DNA from: Balamuthia mandrillaris
Lineage: Eukaryota
DNA length: 64,000 nt
Direction: 5' to 3'
NCBI GenBank assembly: GCA_031835245.2
Contig: JAVKOQ020000001.1
Location: 620,001-684,000, forward strand
The first letter of the stretch is position 1. The number at the start of each line of letters is the position of its first letter. The position numbers were made by a program, and so were the translations under genes. The notes under the pieces were generated by a model, which made no database searches, was not told the origin of the DNA, and saw only the letters and a list, made by a program, of their open reading frames with translations. Positions 46,212 through 55,282 of this stretch are shown here, piece after piece.

Positions 46212-48306
46212 ATGAGAGGCACAAAGAGCGCGTCTGCGGGTGGTGGCGGTAGTGCAGGTTTTCGAAGGGCAAAGCGGTGGTTGTGGGTTGGGCTTGGAGG
46301 GACTTGCGTGGGTGTGGCCACCTACGCCTCGCTCCAAAATCCGCAGAGCGCCTTATATCCTTCGCTGGTGATGCCGGCCTTGCACAAGTTGGACGCAGAG
46401 ACAGCTCACAGAGCGACCGTTTGGTGTGCTGCGCGTGGTCTCTCCCCATCTGAAGTACGTCCCTCCTACCTTTCTCTCTTCTAATTGCCCGATCTCTCGT
46501 TTGATTCATCCCTCTCCACTTGTTTTTGGTACAAATCTCATGCTACGTTTTTTTAAACGAAGAGGGAGGCAGATGATGAAAGATTGAGAGTAAGACTGTG
46601 GGGCAAGACGTTCAGCAACCCGGTGGGTCTTGCGGCAGGCATGGACAAGCACGCAGAGTGCATGAAAGCGTTTTTAGACATGGGCTTTGGTTTTGTGGAG
46701 ATCGGTTCAGTGTGTCCTCGCCCTCAACCCGGCAACCCAAAGCCTCGTGTCTTCAGACTGCCGAGTGAGAAGGCTATCATCAATCGGTAAGTTCTGCAAG
46801 AGAGATGAAGCAGAAAATAGGAGAGCAAGCTGAAAGGAGAGAGAGAGAGAGAGCGGAGAGAGCGAAGAGAGAAGAGAGGAGAGGAAGAGGAAAGTGGAAA
46901 GAGGAAAAAGGAGAGCACAGAGAGAGAGAGAGAGAGAGAAAGAGAGGTGAAGACAGTAGAGAACTGAGAAGCAAAAAAAGATACAAGCAAAGAGCGTAAC
47001 AGAACAAACAGACCTGAGAATTATATGATGAGGTTGATAACACAGATATGTTACATCATTCGAACAGGTATGGATTTAATAGTGAAGGAATGGGACCTGC
47101 GGAAGAACGACTGAAGAAATTCAGAGAGGAACAACGAGACGAGCTCATGTATGGCAAACTCCAGAAAGTATGTTTGACGCTTCTATATTGGTCTTCACTT
47201 CCATCAATCTCAAACCAAATCACAACACAACAAACACACAGCAACCATTGCTGCATCGGCTGCAAAGTTTATTAGGAAAGAACCACAAGAGCCTGAGCAA
47301 CGCTATCGTGGGTGTAAACCTCGGCAAAAACAAGGATAGAGTAACAGGAAAGGCCGAGGACAATCCTGCCGATGACTACGTAGAGCTGCTGCTTCGCTTG
47401 GGCCAGTACGCTGACTACCTCGTCATCAACGTCTCCTCTCCCAACACACCTCACCTCCGTGAGTTGCAGCAACAAAAAGAGCTCTCCATCATCCTGACAC
47501 AAGTCTTTGCTGCCAGAGAGCTGCTCAACAAAAGGGTAAAAGAGAATAGGGCGGAGCGAATGCCAGAAACAACCATTGGCCCTCCCATTCTTATCAAGAT
47601 ATCTCCTGACATTACAGAGCAACAAAAGAAGGACATCGCAGAGTTAGCCTTGCAGCACGAAGTGGATGGCATCATCATTTCTAACACCACTATTACTCGT
47701 CCGTTGCGCTCTCTCCTTGCGACGCAGTACGATCCCAAATTTGTGTTATCACCGTTGGGGGCACTGGAACCTTCCGGGCCTGCTCCAGTTCCAGCTTCTA
47801 GCACTTCTTACCGCTTCTCCTCCCCTGCTTCTAGTACTTCCTCCTCTTCTCCTCCTCCGTCTTCTTCCTCTTCTACCACGAGCACTTCCACCCCCTCTTC
47901 CAATTCTCCTTCACTCTCCTCTTTATCCTCTCTCTTCCGTCCAATCAACGAGGAAGAAATAGCAATGGAGGCCGGTGGCCTTAGTGGTCAGCCCCTGTTC
48001 CAACCCTCCACAAAACTGTTAGGGGAGATGTATGAGCTGACTAAGGGAAAGATCCCGCTGATCGGCGTTGGCGGCATTTCCAGTGGCAAGGACGCCTTTG
48101 ACAAGATCCGTGCCGGCGCTTCCCTCGTGCAGCTCTACACGGGGTTGGTGTATCAAGGACCCGGTCTCGTGCCGCAGATCAAGAGAGAGCTGCTCGAGTG
48201 CTTGGATAGACATAAATTTAGGACCATTGAGGAGGCTGTTGGCAGTGCACATAAGACGACGACAACAACTACAACACAAGCAGAAGGTGGCATGAAGAGA
48301 GTTTAG
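46212..48306 (+). CDS. DHODH: Dihydroorotate dehydrogenase (quinone), mitochondrial class 2
   Basis: [75 protein letters not shown] and VQLYT. Confidence 0.96.
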
Positions 48307-48405
48307 TCAGAAACAAATGAGCTCCTTCTCTCTCGCTCTCTCGCTCTTGCAATCAAAAGTGTTTATTATCTTTTTTGTTCGAAGAAGAAGAAGACAAAAA
48401 AAAAT

Positions 48406-49491
48406 ATGAAGAAAGCAGACAAAGAGAAAGAAGATGAGAGAGAGCCTATTTTAGCAGGCCAGCTACAGAGAGTATGGGAGGAGTATTGCGAGCAAGTCGA
48501 CCTTCAACACAAGCAATACTTGGCAGCTGCGCAGAAACAGTTCGAAGAGATACTGCACTCCCTTCAACTGGAACGCCAGAAAGAAAAGGCGGAATGGGAA
48601 CAACAGAGAAGCAAATGGAAGGAAGAGCTGGAGACCATGACACGAATTCATGAGGTCCAACGGGAACAAGTCAAACTGGATGTTGGTGGGAAGTACTACT
48701 CCACGGCCATTAGCAACCTGACCAAGTTCCCTGACTCCATGTTGGGCGCTATGTTCAGCGGGCGCCATGAGATCATAAAAAATGACGAGGGCAGAGTATT
48801 TATTGACAGGGACGGCAAGCTCTTCCGGTATATCCTGGACTTTCTTCGCAATAACGAATGGGATCTGCCACATCACAAACCTCACTTGTTGCGGAAGATC
48901 AGAAAAGTGCGTTTCCCCCCGTCCTATGGAGTACGGTTAACCTTCCTTTGCTCTCATCACACCATTCAGGAAATAGATTTCTATGGCCTGCCGTACGCTG
49001 TGACGAATCTACAGGTGGTCAACTTTTCTCTGGCAACAGGGGGAGACTTACAGCTTTCATTCGACCACCCTCGGGGCTACGAATTCAGCGTGACCACTGA
49101 GATATTGTTGCATAAGGCGGAGGCTAAGTTGGTGCTCCCCCAAGGCTCCACAGCCCGAGCTTTCCTCTGCCTGGATGGCAGAAGAGTGGCCACAACGGAA
49201 ACCGTGCATGGAGGTGTCCTCACCTCCACTCAACCACACTGGCACGCCATGACCTTCCAGCCTGAAGGCTCCGTCAAGTGCCTTGCTGGCCGAGTGTATG
49301 CCATTTTAGTGGAGAGCCCTGGAGGCGAGTTTGTTTTTTCCAACGGCAACAACGAGAAGAGAACGGTGGGCGAGGTGTTCACTCAGGTGGAGAGCAAATA
49401 TTTGTGGGATGGAGGAGTGCAGAGGAACACCAGGTCCACTCAGCTGAAGCTGCGCTACTCGCAAGACAAGAATGACAAACAAGTCGCATAA
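48406..49491 (+). CDS. KCTD-type BTB/POZ protein with N-terminal coiled coil and beta-rich C-terminal domain
   Basis: VKLDVGGKYYSTAISNLTKFPDSMLGAMFSG...FIDRDGKLFRYILDFLR...EIDFYGL; one in-frame intron near 48907-48969. Confidence 0.88.
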   Translation: MKKADKEKEDEREPILAGQLQRVWEEYCEQVDLQHKQYLAAAQKQFEEILHSLQLERQKEKAEWEQQRSKWKEELETMTRIHEVQREQVKLDVGGKYYSTAISNLTKFPDSMLGAMFSGRHEIIKNDEGRVFIDRDGKLFRYILDFLRNNEWDLPHHKPHLLRKIRKVRFPPSYGVRLTFLCSHHTIQEIDFYGLPYAVTNLQVVNFSLATGGDLQLSFDHPRGYEFSVTTEILLHKAEAKLVLPQGSTARAFLCLDGRRVATTETVHGGVLTSTQPHWHAMTFQPEGSVKCLAGRVYAILVESPGGEFVFSNGNNEKRTVGEVFTQVESKYLWDGGVQRNTRSTQLKLRYSQDKNDKQVA

Positions 49492-49813
49492 ATTTTTTGG
49501 CGGGAACGCAGACGGTGCAGGAAGAGCATCGGTGGCGGGGAGAAATGTGTCCAGATTTGGGCGGCCGCTTGCGGGAAGAAGGGGGTACGTTCCGTTGCCG
49601 CTGGTGGCATTCCAATAAAACGAGTAATTTATCGGAGAGAGAAAAGAAAGAAAGGAACAGCCAAAAAGAAGCGGTTGGCTGAAGACACACTCACTGCTCG
49701 TAGCCCGCACGCTGTTGTTGTTGTTATTACTTCTCTCTCTTTTTTTTTGAAGTGCCTTTGCAACTGTCTTTTTTTAACGAGGAGAGGAAAAGCACGAACG
49801 TACTAAAGCGCAG

Positions 49814-50479
49814 ATGCCACGAGTAATCGTTAACGTGAACAAGGAGGAACCCCATGAAACGAACGAGCATTGGGGCTTCTTTGAGGACAAGCTCCCGGAA
49901 GGGTTACAGGGCGTGCTCACGGAGCAAGAGTTCAAAGAGGTGATGGAGCGCGTGAACGAGCTGTGGGTGCCCGTGGTGGAGCTGGAGGACAACGAACACT
50001 TTTGCTGCAGGTGCTGCGCTTGCCTGTGGTGCTTATGCACGTTCGGCATCAGCTGTTGCATCCTCTGCTGCTTTCAAAGCTGCCTAGACTCAAAAGTGGA
50101 GGACAAGAAGAAGGATTGCCGGAAAGAGATCAAGGAGTACTTTGAGGACGTCAACAAAAATTTCCAGGACAAGGGCGTCACCTTTCGATTCTCTCCCGTT
50201 GTGACTACGCCCTACATTGACATCAAGGTCGGGGACGAAAGCGACAGTGACGAGGAGGACGGCCATCACGCAAAGCAAAATCAAGATAAGAAAGAGGAGA
50301 CAACAGAAAACAAACGAGACAAAGAAGAAGCAAAAGAACAGGAGGAAACAACAGAGAAAGAGGCAGCAAAGCAGAAAGAGGAGGAAAGCGAAAGCGATAG
50401 CAGCAGTAGCAGCGGCAGTGACGACGATAGCCCTGCTTCTCCTGGTGGTGGCGGCGGTGACCTGGACGGTTTGGACTGA
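49814..50479 (+). CDS. Cys-rich ERF4/Golgin-A7-like protein
   Basis: LPEGLQGVLTEQEFKEVMERVNE, Cys cluster CCRCCACLWCLCTFGISCCILCCF, FEDVNKNFQDKGVTF and an acidic tail. Confidence 0.6.
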   Translation: MPRVIVNVNKEEPHETNEHWGFFEDKLPEGLQGVLTEQEFKEVMERVNELWVPVVELEDNEHFCCRCCACLWCLCTFGISCCILCCFQSCLDSKVEDKKKDCRKEIKEYFEDVNKNFQDKGVTFRFSPVVTTPYIDIKVGDESDSDEEDGHHAKQNQDKKEETTENKRDKEEAKEQEETTEKEAAKQKEEESESDSSSSSGSDDDSPASPGGGGGDLDGLD

Positions 50480-50632
50480 ACAGGACGATCACCACTTTCC
50501 CTTTTGTTTTTCGCTTTCTGTGGCTACAAACAAGACAAACAAACACAATGTTCTTATCGACCGTTGAGGAAGAGAGAGAGAGAGAGGGAGGGAGGGAGGG
50601 AGCATACAGAAAGAAAGAGAAAAAGATAATTA

Positions 50633-50663
<31 letters not shown>

Positions 50664-50856
50664 GTGGAAGACAAAGGAGAGCAGGGTTTCTTGTTAGGCC
50701 ATCAATGCAGGAGCTATCAGCTGCTGCTGCTGACACACACACCAGAGGGCGTCACGTCATTCGTCTATATATATTGTGTCACGAAAAGTTTCGAAGAAAA
50801 AAAAACATCCGAACGACACACGCACACTGGCCCGGAGTGGAGAGAGAGAGAACGAG

Positions 50857-51860
50857 ATGGAGTCGGTGTTTGGGCTTCTGCGTAGCAGGGAGAGCTTGGA
50901 CTCATCGCGGAGGGCAAAGATGAGCGCGGGCATCCAAAAGGGTAGCCAAAAGTTCTTCTTGAAGCAGCTGGAGGGCTATCAGGTCTTTGCCAGCTCCTCC
51001 GTCTTTGAGCGTCGCATCACCTGCGTGGAGTGGCATCCCTCTTTGCCCACGGTGCTTACCATGGGCGTCAAGAACGGAAAGATCGCTCTTTGGGACTATT
51101 TGAAGCAACGAGAGCAGATGACGACGCTCACGTATGTAGTTACACTCGTCTCTTTCTTCCTCTTTTTCGCCATCTGAGGTGTTCAACAAAAATAAATAGA
51201 GGGCGTCATCATGAAAAAGCAGGCAACATAACAGAGCTGAAGTACTCTCCTAGAAACGAGCAGATCATTTACACTTCCTCTGGAGATGGCACCTTCCAAT
51301 TCCATGACTTGGAGAGCAACCTTAGCCAACGGGTGCTGTGGACGGACAACTGGGACTACTGGTTCACTGCGTTCGATGTGTGTCATGAACATAACGTACT
51401 TTTGGCAGGGGACACACGTGGCTTGGCCCATCTGCTTGACCTGCGAACCAACAAACCTCTTACGGTTCTCTCTTCGATTCTTTTCTTCGTTACCTGCTTC
51501 TTATTCCACTTATTGTTCTTCTTGCTTCTTCTTTGCCTTCATCTGATGCTGATACTATTCCAACAGAGCATTGCTAAACCACTCAAGCTGCATAAGAAGA
51601 AGTTGGTTGGTGTACATTTCAACCGATTGGATGGCAACGTGGTGGCCACTACTGGGAACGATCATGCTGCTCGCTTATGGGTTAGTCTCTACTTTTTTGA
51701 TTGTTCGTGCAATCCTGTTGCTTCTTTTGTCACCTAACCTGAGTGTCTAGGACCTGCGAATGTTGAGAGAAATTGAGGTTGGCAGCTCATCCAATGCCAA
51801 CAATAAAGGCCTCCTCACCCCACTTGCCACATTGCCTCACTCAAGCATCGTTAGTTCTGG

Positions 51861-51902
<42 letters not shown>

Positions 51903-52217
51903 CTCTCTCTCCCTCTCTCCCTCTCTCTCCCTCTCTCTCTCTCTCTCTCTTGCTTTCTTTCCCTTGATCATTTCTAATAAACTATCTCCGTGTTTCCGAT
52001 AAACAGCTTACTTCTCTCCGATAACACGGTCTAAGCTGCTAACCACAACTCACGACAGCTTCTTTCATATCTATGACTTATGTGGGGATCTTGAACAGCC
52101 ATTGGTGATTAGCCACCCGCACAGATTCTTCCGGTATTTGTCTCCCTTTAAGGCCACTTGGCATCCCCTTCACGAAGACATGTTCGTCTGTGGTCGGTAT
52201 GACCGGGAAGGTACGGC

Positions 52218-52253
<36 letters not shown>

Positions 52254-52978
52254 ATTCCCCGTACTTAACATATGTAAAGGCGGAAGATATGTGGATGTAA
52301 TTTGCTATGAAGATCCATCTTCCTCTTCTTCTATCTTGATGAATGAAAAGAAAAGCTCGACTTTTCGTTCCTCTTCTTCAACAAAGGATAAAGCTATTGC
52401 AAGAAAAGGTAAACAAAAGGAAGAGAGCGAAGAACAGGATGAAGAAAACGATGGTGAAGAAGAAGAAGACGAAGATGAAGAGGAGGAGGAAGATGACGAA
52501 CGCGCCGATCTTAGCGGCTTTGAAGGAAGTAACGTGAAATATACAACAACGCACATGTGGGACGCACAACTAAAGACCATCAGTCCAGTAAACAAGTTCA
52601 GTTTGAACGGGGAGGTGTTGGCGTCTGGCTCCGCTGGTGCTGTTTATGTATGGAAACCAACTCGAGATGGTACATTCATTACCCTTTGCTCTGCCTTTGC
52701 TTTCCTATTAACATACAAAAATAGGCCGTAAATCGAAGGACAGAGCGCTTATGATAGCAAGAATGAGGGAGAACGTGGAACGATATCACAGAGCCATAGA
52801 AACCAATGCGCTGGGGAAGAGCAACAAACGACACGGGTCTTCCTCTTCTCTAAAACCTCTCAAGAAACCAAAGACCAAGACAAAGACAAAAGGAAGCAGC
52901 TCTTCCGCCTCTTCTTATACTCTTCGAGTGGAAAAGAAACAGAAGAAGAAGAGAAAAAAGGAAGACGAAGAGGATTAA
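50857..52978 (+). CDS. DDB2: DNA damage-binding protein 2 (WD40 DCAF)
   Basis: FERRITCVEWHP...GVKNGKIALWD, HPHRFFRYLSPFKATWHP and ISPVNKFSLNGEVLASGS parallel the DDB2 motifs (FDRR...WHP, HPHRxFQHLTPIKAxWHP); basic C-tail. Confidence 0.85.
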
Positions 52979-53011
52979 TTACATCGAAAGCCTTCAAGCT
53001 ACAATTCGTCG

Positions 53012-54463
53012 TTATACAATCCGGTCATCCTCATCTCCAATGGAAGCTTTGGAATGCCTCCTCTTCTCTATGCTAGGCTGCGATTGCGCTTTCTTCGCCT
53101 TCAATTTCAATCTGCGTTGCTGAAGATCTGAGCTCGGAAGGCGATGCTCCTTGTTACCATCAGTTTGACGCTTCTTTTTCTTTTTCTTTTTCTTCGTTTC
53201 GTCTGCTTGGTTCTTCTCATCGATAGTGTCAGCGGAGACAACTTTCTTGTCACTCTTCTCCTTCTTATTTTCCTCCATTAGCGCATCTTCGTTATGTTTA
53301 TTCTTGCGTTCTTCGTTTTCTCGTTGCTGTTCTTTAGCATCGTCATCGTCTTGCTTTGCTTTGTCTTGTTCCTCCTCTTGTAGTGCCAAATGCTCTTCGC
53401 TGAGAGACAGAACGAGAGGATACGTCTCCTCGACTTCTCCGCCGTAACAGTCTGAAATGGCGGCAGTGATGGTGGGCTGCTGGCTTGCCCACTCTTTAAA
53501 CTCTTCATAGTCTATTCTGCCGTTTCCATCTTTTGTTCGTTGAAATGAGATGAGACGCCGAGAGAAGAGACACACAAAAGAGGAAGCAGCAACAACGAAC
53601 CTGTGTCCAGGAGAAGAAAGGCCTCATCGACGAGCTCACGAATGGAAGCGGCCGCACACCTACGCTCGTTCTCAAGCTCCTCCCGCTCCAACTCTGGATG
53701 AGTGGCCGCCGCAACGTCCAGCGCTCCCAGGTACGCCGCTTTGAATACCTGAAACATGTCTGCTCTGCTGATGAATGCTTTCCTGTGATCCAACAGCTCT
53801 TTGACATGCTTGGAGGGGAGTGGCACTGCCTTGTGGTGATGGGCGTTGGGGTTGCAGTAGGCTTGGAAGGTTAGGTCTAGTTTCTCTTCAGGAGTACCTT
53901 TGGTAAGCAGGGCTATTCCTTTACTTTACCAAGAGTGAGAAACAAGAAGAAGTCAGTTTTGGAAGAAGGGAGAACGGATGGAAGCAGAAAGAAGGAGCAA
54001 AGCAGGATGGAACGGAAAGGAAGAAGAAGAACAAGGACAAGAAGTGGAAGAGGAGGTATGCCTTTGAGGAATTCATTCTTATCAATGGCGCCATCGTGGT
54101 TGATGTCAAAAATAGCAAAGAGGCGGTCAGGCACCAGCGTTGCCGAAACGTCAGCCATGCCCAGTTCTTGCAACTTTTTCAGGACCAACCTGAACTTTTC
54201 CCTGTCCAGCTTTCCCTCCCCTCCTCCCTCTTCCTCCCCCGCCGGGGCAACCTCTTCAAACACATCTTTGAGAGCTTTCAACTCCACCCGATTGACTGTA
54301 ATGGCGTGGGTAGGTCAGGTTCAACAACAACCAGCATTTTCAACTCCATCCGAGAGCTGAACAAAAAAAAAAAAGACGTACATCTGGTAACGTGTTGAGA
54401 GTTTTGCAAAGGGTTGAGGTGCACTCGGCCAACCTTGTTGCAGGCAGCATGCTTGTTTCCCAT
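53012..54463 (-). CDS. N-myristoylated EF-hand Ca-binding protein (NCS/calcineurin-B-like)
   Basis: MGNKHAAC start; RLFAIFDINHDGAIDKNEF, KGTPEEKLDLTFQAY and DTDGNGRIDYEEF; long charged C-tail. Confidence 0.85.
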
Positions 54464-55282
54464 GGGACCTTTTTCCTTTTTTTCCTCTCAAACTTTTTTC
54501 AAACGGGCGGCCCTGCAGCTGTGTGCGTTTGCTCCGCTCTCTTCTTTTGGGTAACGCAGATTCAGTGCGCGACCCCTCAACCGGGCAAGGTTGGGTTTCC
54601 AGGCAGACCGTTTGCTTTTCTTGCTGGGGAGTGAGTGGGCGATGGGCTTTAACTGTTTGTATGCGGCAAGCAGAAAGTTGTCCCCCGCATGGACCCGAAC
54701 GAACGAACAAACAAACAAACAAAAGACAGTCCGGATGGGTGTAATCACGTAAGCCACTTCTTTGTGTTGGCATCGGCGTTGGGCAACCAAGCAAACATCG
54801 CCTCCAGACTCCACTCACCGGTGGTACTCCTGGAAGCACTGTTCCCTTTTCTATTTGGTTGCTTCGCTGTTGCCTCCACAAGTGACGAAAAAACAGGTGG
54901 GTCGGCTGGAACTTTGCTTTTTGTCCATCCTATTTGCGCTCTTACCTCTGCTCGCCCCGGCGGGCAAACTCTGCCCGCATCAAAATAACCGGAAATGAAA
55001 TTTCCCCGAAACATTTCTCCCTCCAACAAAAAATTAAAAAAAATTCGGTGACACCAAAAAAAAAAAAAAAAAAAAAGAATTATTGAGAGAGAAAAAAAGC
55101 GAAAGATTTGAAAGCGTGGGAGGGGGAGGAGGCACAGAACTATTTTTTGTTTGGAGCGCAAGCAAGACCGTAGACCGGTGCTTGAATACATACCACCAGC
55201 TTTCGATTCTCTCTCTTTTTTTTTTGAATTCACAAAGGAATAACACTCCAAACCACCACCCCCAAAAAAAAAAAAAAAGAAA

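Noticed and set aside
49496..49580. E2F-like TTTGGCGGGAA and related sites; also the ATTGGCGCCAAT palindrome at 43949-43960
   Set aside because: Short motifs with no supporting cell-cycle gene context; not enough to call.
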